Part shown: one piece after another, positions 1-13,800 of the stretch
Layout of the letters: every line of letters starts with the position of its first letter
Position numbering within the stretch: the stretch's first letter is position 1
The notes under the pieces: model-generated
Database searches by the model: none
What the model saw: the letters and a program-made list of their open reading frames with translations, nothing else
What the model was told of the DNA's origin: nothing
Made by a program: the position numbers and the translations under genes
Source: Daphnia carinata
Lineage: Eukaryota
Direction of reading: 5' to 3'
Assembly: GCF_022539665.2 (NCBI RefSeq)
Contig: NC_081334.1
Coordinates: 1,302,001-1,366,000 of the forward strand
DNA length: 64,000 nt

Positions 1-3000
1 GGGGTGGCAAGGCAGCACTGAACGTGCACTCTACACCCATTGTGAGCACAAAATGCATTAAGTACCTCCTGAACAGACAGGGAACAGGAAAAGAAAAAAA
101 AAAAGGGAAAATCAATTAATGAAACGTAGGTTTTCCCACGATGTCAAAGGTCGTGTGGGTCTTTACTGATCGCACCGGAGAACCGAGGGGGCTTCTTAAT
201 TTTTTTTTTTTTTTCGAATGCAGTTTGTATGTATGTACGTATCGACGGATGCGGTTGCAAATGAAGCAAACGGATTTTGCGGATGAGCTTTTTTTTTTTT
301 TCTTTCAGAGTTTGATGAGCTTCGGCTTTTTTTGGAATAAAGGGGAAAATTGTGTGGACACACACACATCTCGATTGGACAGATAAAGGGGGTAGACAAA
401 CGTAGGAAACGGATGAAGAATGAAGGAAGGGAGGGTTAGAGACTAGGCAATTGGGAGGAACCACAGAAGATGATGATGATGATGAAGAAAAAAAAAAAAA
501 GAAGAAGAGATGGATATATAGAAAAGAAAGAGAGGGAGAGACCTGCCGGATGATGAACAACTGATTAAAGAGATGCCGCCCTTAATGATCGATTATAGTG
601 CGCTGATGGGCCGAGGGGATCTTTCCCCAGTGGAGGAGGAAAAAAGAAACAACTGCTCGAGAGTAAAAAGAAAAAAAAAGAATAAAGATGATGAAGGTAA
701 GTAGAAAACCAATTCTTACTTTTTACAGGTGGAGTGGGGGGGGGGGGGTGCAGCAGAGAAGATGTGGTCTCTATGCGCACCGTGCGCCGCCATTGTTTCT
801 AAAGGACGAATCAAACAAAAGAAAACAACACACAAAAATTGAGTAGAAAAGAACATAATCATGGTAATAAAAGATCAACACAACACACACAATGTTATTC
901 CCAACGAAAACTCAAAAAGAATTTCGAAAGCAAACAAAACATTGGAAACGAGGGAAGAAGAGCCGAGAAAAATGTAGGCCTTTTTTTTTTTCTTTTTTTT
1001 TTTTGAGTGCTGCGTCAACGTAACACGGAAACCAATCAATACTGCCAGATTGCACCGTATCGTGCTCGTCATATCTTTTTTCTTTTTTTTTTTTTTTTCT
1101 GAAATTGAACCCTGCCTCGGTTGTTTGACGTCGTGTAAAGCAAGTCACCTACCACCCAAAAGCAAAAAACTGGCCCGTTCAAGTGGCGGCGGAGTCCGAT
1201 ACAAGATCAAAAGGAAAAAAAAAAAAAAAAAAAAAAACTGGGAGGGAGGGGGGGGAGGGTTGTGAAAACAAAAAATAAAAAAATCGCTGTGCGTGACAAT
1301 GGAGAATGCAACTAATATAACAAGCCTCCAATCAATGGGCGGCATGTATTTTATAGCTCCACTGGGCTATGGGCCCAACAAACAAACGTCGGTTGTTTTT
1401 TTTGTTTTTTTTTTTTTGCCCGGCTTTGATGCTTTTATCGTTTCAAGAAAAAACAAAAAAAAAAAAAACAGAAAGAAAAACTGGCCGCATCTTATATGGA
1501 TTTTGGGGAACTCTGATGCTATTATAGCTGATACACTTAGTGCTTTGCGTCAATCAACAAATCACGCGACTAGGTAAATGCTTTTTTAAAAGCCTCCATT
1601 TTTAAACCTTCTAAAAAAAAAAAAAAAAAAAAAAAGCTGCAAATCTTATGAATTTTTCCTCTTTCGTTTTTCTTGTTTTGTGTTTTTTTTTTTTTAATGA
1701 GCAAAAATTTTTCATAGGCAGGGAGATGGATGGATGGGCTCGCGCCCAATCAGCAATCTGCCAAAACTGCGTGACATTGTGCGCGTGTTGCGATGTTTCT
1801 TCGCCCAACGCAAAATCTTGTTTGACGGTCGCTATCCAAAAGGGAATGAGAAACTCTCTCACTATACTCTTATTGTATATAGCCGCCGATGTTCTTTTGT
1901 TTGTTTTTTTTTCACGTGCGTGTGCGCGCGCTTGTTGTATAAACCTTTTCAAAGCTAAACATTCATAGAGCACGTAGTGAGAAAAGAAAATAAAGAAGGA
2001 CGAGGCATTGGCTGATCGGGAAAAAAAACAAAAAACAAAAAAAAAACAAGACAAAAAGACGTGAGGAAGATGGACGTTGTAAGGCACGTCCAAAAAGAAC
2101 GGACCCATACGCGTTGCCAATGAAAGACTAGCGAAAACGGGCAAAACGGGCGAGTTCTCTTTTTTTCTTTCTTTTATCCAATTCGAAAATGCAGTAGGGA
2201 TTGAAGAGGAGAAGCAGGGCCAGAAAGGACACGCACACAAAGAGAGAGAGAGAGAGAGAAAAGGTAGGGGAGTAGGATATATCAAAGGCGCCGCTTGTTT
2301 ACATAATAGTGGATTGCGGTCGGTCGACAAACAAGCCGCCCATCAGCGTTGCCTTTTACCTTTCGGCTCCTAGCAAAGCACGTAGAAACACTCTTGTCTT
2401 TTATTCTCTCTCTCTCTCTCTCTCTCTTTTTCTCTGCTGGTTCCCTTTTATTTTTTTTTCTCTCTCTTCTTCTCTCCTTTTCATTTATTGTTTTCTTCTT
2501 TTTTATTCCATTTCTGCTCTCGTCTCTCTCTCTCTCTTGTTCGCTGCGCACACAGACAACAGAGAGAGAGAGAGAGAGAGACACGCACACGCACAATATA
2601 TAGACACGCATGCGAACACACGACGTTACCCGTGCACATAGATACGTAGCATAGCGTAGCATTCAAACGAAAAATTTGCATACATTTCAACTGTTCAACG
2701 TATAGACTATGAGCACGTAACCGGCATGGCACATTCCAGCCGGCCCCATATTCAACAGGTATCTTTAACTATATATATATAGCCGAAACCCCTATATGTG
2801 AATGAGGAACTTTGAGCCCGGCGTCTCTTCTATGGCCAACACTTCCGCAGTTCTTTCGCATTTCCGCCACCTCATTTCGTTTCTCTGTTTTGTCTCTTTT
2901 GAACGCAAAATTTTCATTCGGCCATTTTCTTTTTTTTTTTTAGATTTTATTTGTTTTGGACGTTTTATATAAAAAAAATAAAAGTCCATTCGATTTTCTT

Positions 3001-3710
3001 GGAAAGCGGCCGATTGGCTCCGCTCGCAGATGTGTTGACGCAAATGGATGAAGCCGCGCACGAACGTTGCGTTGGGACTTTTTGGTATTGAAATTTGTTC
3101 AAGTCTGATGGCGTCCCGTCTTTTTATGTTGATCCTTCTCCCCCTTTTCAACCCGAATCGCGATGTTTATCAGGACGCAGACATCAGCGTATGCAAGAGA
3201 CTTATTCGGATCAAGTACATCGGGCCATCGATTTGGATTGCACCGTTGGCCAAGCTGCTGATGTCCCGTCTCGGCTCGCCCGTTTCCTGTTTCAGAAACA
3301 TTGGCCGAATGCTGATTTTTGTCGGATGCATGTCGTGCATGCGTGAACGTCTTGAGCTATAAGCTGCGCGTCTTTCCATTCGATTGTTCATCTCTTATCC
3401 GGGCGAATGCAAAGCCACCCTCAACATATACTTAATGCACGCGCTCGCAAAAAAAAAAAAAAAAAAAACCAAAAAACCAAAACAAAAGAAAACAGAAAAG
3501 CCAAAATGATAAAGAAGAAACCAAAGTCCCAGGGTAGACGAGGGGCCACACTTGAATTCGTTATCCTTCATTGCGTATTTGAATACTCCAAGTCGGAGAG
3601 AGAGACACGCACCAATACATGGCTGTTGTGTGTGTGTTTTTTTCTTTTCTGATATTGTGCAACGTGCCGGCGAAGAAATTAAGTTTGTCTGTGTCTGAGT
3701 TCACATCTAG

Positions 3711-3742
<32 letters not shown>

Positions 3743-6700
3743 GTTTGACTCTCTCGCCCTACATTACGTTCAAACGTACAGGGAAATCAAAATGTGTGTG
3801 TGACCCTGGTCGGAAAGAAAGTATAGGAAAGCAACAACAACATTGCAAAATGCTCAGAGATGTTGTGCAGGGGCGAGAGTGTTAATCACATAATCGTATG
3901 AAATCATGTGCTAGTCGATCATCATCATTCAAACATTTTGGCCCCGACAAACACACACACACGGGTCGTGATTCTTGATTCAAATGACCATCCCTCCTCT
4001 CTCTCTCTCTCTCGCTCTCACTCAAAGAAATGGAGACAAGAGGTTGAGGGCGGACTTCTTTACTTCCACCCTTCCATTTTCTTCATATATATATTTTTTT
4101 TTTTTTTTTTTTTTTTTGCTCTTAGACTGAAATGGCAGCCCCAAGTTTTTCTTTTTCTTTTTCTTTTTTTTTTTTGGCTGAAAAAAAAAAAAGAATCGCT
4201 TCCCCCCCTCAAACGCTGCGCCCTTTTAGAGGCTCTTTAGAAATCGGTTTCCTTTTGGCTGGCTCGAAGAGAGCGCACACCGTGCGCTGCAAACGACTTG
4301 GTCGGAGAGAGAGAAGGTGGGACGAAGGAGGGGGGGGGGGAGAGATCCAATAGCTGTCACTCACCTTCCCATTCAACAGTGCGTTTTCTTTTCTTTTTTC
4401 TACGTCTTTTGAAAATGCTTTTTGCTGCTGCTGCTGCCCTTTGCGGTAGTGTACGATTTTGAAACTGAAGAAGTGCCACACAAGCAATAGCGCAAAAGGT
4501 ATTAGTACCGTGTGTGCCAGCACCCGCCTAATATAACAAGCGAGAGAGAGAGAGAGAGTATGCATAAAAAGGGGCGGAGGAAAATGAAAAAAAGAACTTG
4601 GGTTATTCAAAAATAAAATAAAATAAAATACTGCCGACACTGGTTCTATAGTCAGCTGTACGTGTGTGTGTGTACGATGGGTATGACTGGTGCCCGTGCC
4701 GCCAATGATGCCGCGCATCCGCCACCATGAACGTTATACTATGTTCGAATCCTATAAATATATGAGGGCGAAGAACAAAAGAAGCGAACAAGTTTTTCAT
4801 TTTTTTTTTTTTTCAAGTGGAAAGCTGGGCGGTAGCAAAAAAAAAAAAAAAAAAAAAACGGGTGCGGCTATCTGGGCGCATTTTCTGGAAGCCGATCTTA
4901 AAAGGGTGGGCTAAAAAAAAAAAAATAAGAAAGAAAAAAGTATAAGACATGAAAGGTATTTTTTTTTGTGTGTGTGTGTGTTTTGTTTTGTTTGGTGGGT
5001 TCCAGGTGCTACTACAACTACTACTACTACTACTACCCACTATTAGCATTACTACTTCAATTGATGCTCGTTGTTATACGCCTGCTTCTGCACCCAACGT
5101 CAGCTCCCTTTTTTTTTTTTTTTCTTTTTTTTTTTTTTTTTGCTTTCTATAATGTTAACTCGTCCTATACAAACGTGTGCGTGTGTTTCCAAAGCCTTTG
5201 CGCAAGTCCTCAAGCGAGCGTGCTGAGCGTTATTGCCTCTCTCTCTCTCGCTCTCTGTGGCGCTCGTTATCATTTAGATTTATCATCTCGGCAGTGAGTT
5301 GGAATGAGAGTATTAAGCAAACAATAGGAGCAAGCGAAGCGCATTTTTTTTTTTTTTTTTTTTTATAACGCGGCCATTAGTTTTCCGGTCTGAACCGTAT
5401 AACCTCATCACCTCTCTCTCTCTCATTCTCTGTCTGCTTTCGGAAGGTGTGTTTCTTCCTCTTATTTTTTTTATCAACGATCCCACCACCAGCCATAAGC
5501 TCGTTGGCTATGCCAGGTGAAAATGCTTTGCTTTTGCCTAATACGGGGGGAAGCTGATGTTATTCGCCCTTCTCCTTTATAAGCGCACCATTGTGTGTCT
5601 CGTACACAGATAGTGCTACCTCACCTTACGACCCATGACCTACATGCTTTTTTTATTTATTTTTTTTTTTCCTCACACTTCCTCCAACTACCTGCCTTGT
5701 CGAATTATGGTTACAGTGAGAACGTCGCCATTACGTGTATTTCCTTTTTTAAAAAGGACTTTATTTTTATTTTTTATTTTTGCAAATCAACTCTAGTAGA
5801 GGGTAGGCTAGACCGGTAAGGCACTGCGTGCGAAGAACAAGGTAGATGAATCGAAACGCAGTTGATTAACGTTGCCAGTTCTTAAACAGCAAACGATTTT
5901 CACTTTGAATCTTCTTCTTCTTCGTACGAAAACGCAATACGTTTAAACGGATGGCACATACCTACATGTGTGTTTCACGTATTGGCAAATGCAATATGCG
6001 ATTGTGTACCTGGCAGTTGGACAACACCAACTGCTGAATGGTGAAAGACTTTCTCATGCACATTAGCAGCGGTACTCTTGGCTCTAAAATGATCTTTCAA
6101 CTTATCTCTCGTACATTCCCAACCAACGTTTTCTCTTTACATCTGTTCTCTTATTCTCGTTTTTTTTTTTTTTTGTTTCTTATAATACCGCGACTGCTGT
6201 TGAAAAAAAAAAATAAAAATAAAAACGTGCATACAGTTTTCTTTTTTCTTTTTTTTTTGAAGAGAAACGGTTGAGAGACCAAGATCCAGCCGGACCAAAT
6301 GGCTGAACGCTGTCGGCTCGGCCTCAGCATCGGCAGGGGGTCCACGTTTGTGGTTTGCCTATATACCTCGGCATTATTTATTTAAGGAGCGGAGCTTGTC
6401 GGCGGCACTGCGACTCCGCCGGAGCAAGCGGCCAGCCCCGCTTGGCGGCAAGCGGACGTGCATACATACACATCCACGACACACACACACACACACGCAC
6501 AAAATGAATGGCGGGACACACAGCCTCTGTCCGTTTTCTCTTCTCTATCCCAAAGATGCCTGCTTACTGATACACGCGTATTGTAGGCCTATATGGAAGA
6601 AGCATCTTGTTACACACATCCGTCATGGCATTGAATTCGTTTTTTTTCTTTTCTTTTTTGTGTTAGACGTTAGTCAGTTATCGTAGCTTTCCATGTTGGA

Positions 6701-9700
6701 AGATGCGTGACGGATAGGCAGGATGACTGGCCCCTGTAATAGAAAATAATGCTCAATAAATGTTGGACTTGTTTTTAGAAAGCATTTCAAAAGCCTCGGT
6801 AGATCGTTTTCAAGTGCTGATGGAGCATAGGACAAGAAGGGGGGGGGGCAAATGTTAGTGTGAGGGACGATAGCGGGTTAGCGAGGACTGGTGATGGGCA
6901 ATTCACTTTCTTGGGTCGTTTTTGCCATTAACCAAGTTCTTCAAACTATGTCTGGCCTATTTTTTAAAGGATATTTATATACAGTATATATATATACGTA
7001 TGTACATAGTATACCTACTATCGGGCTATCTATAGTGCCAATTACTGCCAATAACGCGCATCGTAAAAGCCTAAAAGATAGAGCCTGTTTATGTATCGAT
7101 AGACAATAAGGCATAATTTACGGCCTACAGTTATTAGCTGGCCCTTCCGATAGGGGTCCCCTTACTTCGAGAATAGTTCATCAAAATGGCATTCAAACTA
7201 TTTATGATGGCACTATAAGCTGTATACATAGCCTATATATACAATATATATGTACTCATTATGGCCGTAGACTTTGGTCCATGCGTGATAGACGCAGTAA
7301 ATGACAAGCAAGTGTTTACTACTTGTCCCTGCTATTAAAGCTGTCAGTCATAATGCAATTTAAACAACTAGGATAAACCCGGCCGAAAGAATGTTTGGAG
7401 TTTCCGGGCCGGATGATAACGTAACAACGGTGTCAGAAATGTTTCAAAAAAAAAAAAAAAAAAAAAAGAAAAAGGTCCAAAATTTAAGGAAGTTTTGTAC
7501 GCAGCGTAATGTAGGAATGTGTGTGTGGAAGAGCTTAGGCGGTGGCCGAGTTGAAGTGATATACATACCACTTTGGCCAAAGAAGCACTGGCATCCTCCC
7601 TACATCTCGATATTCGATCGGTTGGGATGATGTTATCTTGGTAGCGACATTGCGATGCCGAGTGTGCCTTGCGGGCCCATCATCTGCATCAGACGTCTGG
7701 CAGTCTGTATATATATATTACACGTCAAGTTCGATTGCGGCTCTTACCCGTACCTCATCTCGTTCTCCAAACATCTCTGGCTGCCACCCATCTGCCCCTC
7801 TGGATTGTGACCGTAGTCGCCTAAGATGAGGGACGGAAGAGAGTCGAAAGGAAGAACTATAGAAAGTTATATAGGAATAGTTTGGTATCTAGCCAAAGCG
7901 TTCGCAGCTGATGCGTCTGCCTTTTTAGTTCGTCGCATATCCTCGACGTTCCATGTACAAGTGGCATGGTCTCAAATAATAAAAAAAAAAAAAAATGCAT
8001 TCGATTCAAACGGTGGTTTCCCTTTATATTTTTCAGTTCGATAGGCGACTCGCTGCGTCCCGTTTCGAACGGTCTCGCAGCTCAAAGAGATTCACATCTG
8101 ACCATCGCGGAGTGGGGGCGCTAAGATGACGACCATCACTAATGTTGGGGATGTCCCAAAGATGAGCCCTTCTCTATTATTGATAGGCTTACAACTTTGG
8201 AATTTAAAAAAAACAAACAAAATACGATGACATCCATTTTGCCTTTCTTTCTTCTTCTCCCCCCCCTACCAGCCGTGGCTAAGGGTGATATGAAACTCAA
8301 ATAAAATAATAATAACAGAACATAAATTTACAACAACAACAACAAAAAAAAAAATTCAAGAAAAGAAAAGGATAAAAAAGGAAAAAAAACAAACAAAAAA
8401 AGAACAAACAAAAGAGGATAGAAAAACAAACAATAGATGGGGGGAAGGAGAAATTCTATCGTACGCCACGAAGGTTATGGTGCCCAGCACTCGCGCGTCG
8501 AATGTGTAGCCCATACATTATTCTTGTCGTTAAAAAAAATAAAAAAAAATGCCGACAAAACATCTACAGTTCGATGTAAAGACAAGAGAATAAGAAGAAG
8601 AAGAGGGAGAAATGGGGAAATAACAAAACAAAAAGATATGGACAGTGCTATATAAGCTTTTGGCCTTTTGGCTGCTGGCCTGCTGAAAACGGGCTGGGAC
8701 GTTTTTGAGACGGTTTGCTGGCCGCCCAATCCCCCCACCCCCCTGCTGTTTTTTTTGTTTTTTTTTCTTGTCTCTCAGTCTACATGCATGTATAGGCTTT
8801 TTACATGTCTGTGCCGTACGTGCATATGTGTATGTGTTCAGACTAAAATCGTTTTTCCAGTTTATCTATATCTACAGCAATTATCTATCGTTTGCGCTAC
8901 GAGTTGCTGTACCACCATCGTTCATTCGCTATAGGAACTGGCAAAACGATCCATTCGGACCGCATTCCAAAGATCGTTCGAAACGAACAATGCCATTACT
9001 TGTGCAGATGAATTGGGACACACACACACACACACACACAGTGAGAGTTCCTATAAGAAAAAAAAAAAGAACGATAGCAAGCTTAGATAAAAAAAACTTG
9101 TATGGTAAGCCATTTACTATAAGATAGGTCCCCCTCTGTGTAGCTAACAGGTTGCCCCCCTTTTTTATTTTCTCATTCAAGAATTCGATGTCACTCTTGA
9201 ACTGCCCTTTGCGATGTTTCAGGTCAGTCTAATCGAATAAAGTAGGCCAGACGCAGTTGGCTGCACAGCCAAATGAGTCCACGTTGTGTTGCGTTAAAGA
9301 AATCGTCAGTTAACAAGAGAATGTGTTGTGTTCTACCACCGGAAACAGAAACGCAACTCGTTCATTATCCCAATTTTTTTTTTTTTTTTTTTTTTTAAGG
9401 AAGGGGGGGGGGGCAGCCGGAAGTAAAGCATTAATTCAGGAGGGCAGGCGGCGAGCAGGCAACAGCAGGCGATGCATACGCATATATATATATATATATA
9501 TCCAGCAGAGTGAGGAGCACACACAACTGAAAAAAAAAAAAAAATGGGGAAGCATCAACCAACTGCACAAGAAGCGGAGGCAATTCACAAACGACCTACT
9601 TGCCTCCGGCCGACAGCCACGTCCCGTCTGGGGCTTTTGTGTCACAGTCATATCTCATAATAAAGAGGCGGCCCCAACATTAGAACGTATACAAAACCGG

Positions 9701-10822
9701 GGGGGAAAAAAAAAAAAAAGAAGAAGAAGAAGTATAGTACACAAGCATCAGCAGTAACAGCTGCAAAAAGAAAAGAGTAACCTTTAAAAAAAATATATAT
9801 ATATAAGGACCCAAATTTCGAAAGGTATATATATACATATACGATCAATAGCAGTTTATATGCCTTAACATTTCTTGTCATCAGCCCAGAAGGGACAACA
9901 TTTTCCACATTCCTGGACAGTCCATATACTTGCAGGTACACACAGTCAATAGCTTCAGAAATTGTCCGACTAGCCAACAAATAAAAATAAAAGATAAATA
10001 AATAATATTAGTAATAAAAAAAAATAAATAAATAAATGAACATAAGTATAAGGATAGCCCTGTTGTAGATTAAGATCAGAGGAAAGGAAAAGAAAAAGAG
10101 AGAGAGAGAGAGAGAGAAACGCTTTCCATTCAGACGAGAGTCTGTGATGGGGACAGGGCGCCATATAACACAACAACTCTGGATTTCCTGGACATGTTCT
10201 AAAAAAAAAAAAAAAAAAGAAAAAAGGTCAGCGCTAAATGGTTTCAACGTTTAAGGATAGCAATCCGAAAGCAAGAAGCAAAGTATTAAAGAGCATTTCC
10301 GGATGGTATAAAAACGTTAGACAAGGTCGCCGTTCTTCTCAGACATTCGAATTGTACGAGAAAGTGAGAAAAACAAAATTAAAAAAAAAAAAAAAGGGCC
10401 CCCGGATCCGAACGCGCACCGGAATGGACTTGTTGAACATTTTATTACACAGCGTTTTTACAGGTTGTGCAGGCCGTACATAATCGCATCACCGTCTTCG
10501 CCATCGAGCGGTGCCATTGAGAATCCAGCGAACAAAAAATGAGGAGGAAGAAAGAAGAAGAAGAAGAAAATCATCATCATCATCATAACAATAAAAACTC
10601 GGCACGGTTTCTCAGCGGCTCATTCGGACATTATAAAAACATGCACCATCCTTTTCGGTGTTTAGCAGGTTTACCTCCCCCCCCCCCCCTACACCCACCT
10701 ATGATGTTTTCCACGAAAAAAAAACAAAAAACAAAAAAAAAAAAACAACAGACGCATTTATAAGATGGCGAGTCGGAACCAACGGAGCCTATAGCCATCA
10801 AATTGAAATATGTACGAAAACA

Positions 10823-10862
<40 letters not shown>

Positions 10863-13800
10863 TGTAGTGTAAAACGAGTTTCGCTCGTTTAACCATGCCG
10901 GACATTAGGGAAAAGTTTCAAGCATGCATGTCATGTCGTTAACTTGCTGACCGTGAAGTTCATTGGAGACATTTCCCCTTCCCTTATGCCTGTTGTGTGT
11001 AGACCCTGGGCCCAGTCAACTGTAATCGGCCTTTTTACCTTTCAACTGCACCGTATGGGCTCAAACTATACGTCCTTTTTTTTTTATTATTATTATTTTT
11101 CTTTTTCTTTTTCCCCATTTCTCATTTTTTTTTCTTTTTTTTTTTTTTTTTTTTGAGGGTCCAACCGTTTTTGGCCGAAAGAGTGGGAGGGGGATATCCT
11201 TGATATACGGGCTAGTTAAACGTTCACGATGGAGAGGGAAGGAGTGGGAGGGAAAACGAAAGAGCTTTGGGAAGATGGTCGGTCGAGATGTGGGAAGTTT
11301 TGCAGAAGCCGGCAGAGAAAAAGGGTGGGGGGGGGGGGGGAATAAAAGTTTTAAAGAAAAGAAATTGAATTTTATTTCGCTTCGCTTCGATGCGGCCTGT
11401 CACACCCTCAGTTTTCACGGTTTGCGGACATCAAAAAGAAGAAAGGGAATGAATTTTCAAAAAGGAGGGGGGGGGGGGGAATCATCAAATCCTTACTTCC
11501 TCACGACCGACACCGTAGCCAGTTAGTAAGCGACAAAAAAGGCTAAACCAGGTGGAACTGAGGCCCCCCCCCCTTCTTTTTTTTTTTTTTCTTTCAATAT
11601 TACGTGTCCATTTTTCGCATTTTTTTTTTTTTGCGTTCCGACATTTCGTCGTGGACGTTCTCCATTTTGCATCGAAAATAGAATTTTGTATATAGTTTGA
11701 TTGGCTTAATATGTTTCATGTAGCTACAGATGAGTCATTGGCTTTCATAGCTGCGTCATGATAGATACAAAGCAGCAGGGCAGCACTTAGTCTTTTACTG
11801 GTATATACAGTATAATTGATCGATGCCATACGCATGAGTGGCACGTTTCAAATGGCAATCGGACAATCTCGCAGAGTTGAAAGAATTAAACACTAAAAGC
11901 GTCAGCATCATCAATGCTAAGTTTATAACACAACCAAAACCCCTTCCAAAATTCAAAAAGGATGTAGAAGAAGGAGTGGCCAACCACTTGAAATCTATTA
12001 GCGAGCGGTCGACAAAGTAAAAGGCACACTGTCTGTTTATGATCCGTTCGTGTCTTCTTTCTTTCATCCGGTGTGGTCAGTTTTGACGGGTTTCACGAGT
12101 GGCCGTCATTGAAATTATTCAGAGAGCTGGAGAGGGAGCTCACATCCTTAAAAAAAAAAAAACATGCCAACGAAATGAGTATGCGCCAAGACGACAGGCC
12201 TTAGTCGTCAATCTGCACGGTGCGTGCTGCGCATTCTGCAGTCACGGCGTGAAATCACGAAACGCGGCGACCGGACCACACGCGAGCAAAACGAAATACG
12301 AAACAGTGATTAAAAGATCAATAAATAAGTCGGACCCTATTTAATGACGCGTATGCAAATAAAGCGATTGATAAGGAGCGAAAATGGTCGGGAAGCGAGA
12401 CAAAAAAACAAAACAAACAAAACAAAACAAAACAGGTATGTTTAAAACACACTCATAACAAAAGACAAATAAGCCAACAATAAACAAAACAAGAAAGGTG
12501 GCGCCACGTCCCCACAGCTCAAACAATAAAACATAACGACAAACAAAACAAAAAGCAAAAGGAACAACAAAAAAAAAATAATAAAATAAATTAAAATAAA
12601 ATAAAAAATAATAATAACAATAATAATACCAGCAAAACAAAATACAAATAGTGGCGCCACTTTGTTTCGTTTTTTCTTTTTTAAATCTTTATCTTATTCG
12701 TTCCGTTTTTCTTTCTGTCCGTTTTTCTTTTTTGTTTTTTTGTTTTCGGTGCGTCCTTTTGTAGTACGTCCTTGCCGAACACACACACACACACAGCACA
12801 CCCCACATGGGCAAACACAACACTCGTGCTGAGCGCTGGCACGCAGCAAACCGGTATGTAACACGTTAATGGACAAAAGGCGACGTTCTTTTTCGAAAGG
12901 TCCTCACATTCTTCCTCTCATACAAGTGAAAAGCCAACAGACAAGTTATTAGTAAAAGTAATTATGATTTTTCTGAATGCCAGCCGCATAGGTCCAAAAA
13001 AACAAATCATAGGCCTTAGATCTGAGCGTGTACGCCGGTCACGTTGGCACGCATTTGCGTTCATAACCAAGTGGCAAAGAGGAAAGGGCGCATTTTCGGC
13101 TGTCACCTACAAAAATGAGTGGAGTTTTTTTGGTTTTTTTTTTTTTCGTTAGCTGCGGAGCCCCCCACCCACAACAGAGTCCTCGTTTTTCAAGTTTGGA
13201 TTTCCTTTCTCCTTACCCTCCCACGGTCTCCTATTTTGTATTTCCTTTTTGAATGATTCTTGGGAAACAGCAAAAAGGAGAACCGCCGCTCGCTGCGACA
13301 GCCGGAGAAAAAGGAAGTTTTTTTTTTGTTTTTTTTTTTTGTTTTTTTCAGTGCCGACGTCAAGTGCCGCTTAATTGAAACACTAATGACAGCAGTAACT
13401 GTATCCTCCTCCACTTGACTCGCCCGTCCTCCCTCCTCCTCCCTTCCCTCCATGAATCCAGCGGAGCGCTATGCAGCATGGCCACTCGGGGCTTCCAGTT
13501 CCCATACACAATGTCTCCAGCAAAAACAGCCTACTTTTTACTCCACCCTTCCATCCACCCCATCGCCCCAACTCCGCCCACTACTCAGCGACGTTGATGG
13601 GTTCCAGTCAAAAGTGTTTCTCTCGCTCCAGTGAACCCTAAACCTCCTCATGTCCTTTCTCCTCCGTCTTCCCATTTTATTATTATTCGAAAAGAAAATT
13701 TGGAAGGAAAAAAAAAAAGCTAATCCGAAAAGTACATTCTGATGCATTTTCAATATGAACGGAGTTACACCCCAAAAAAAGAAAAAGAAAAGATTGGCCG

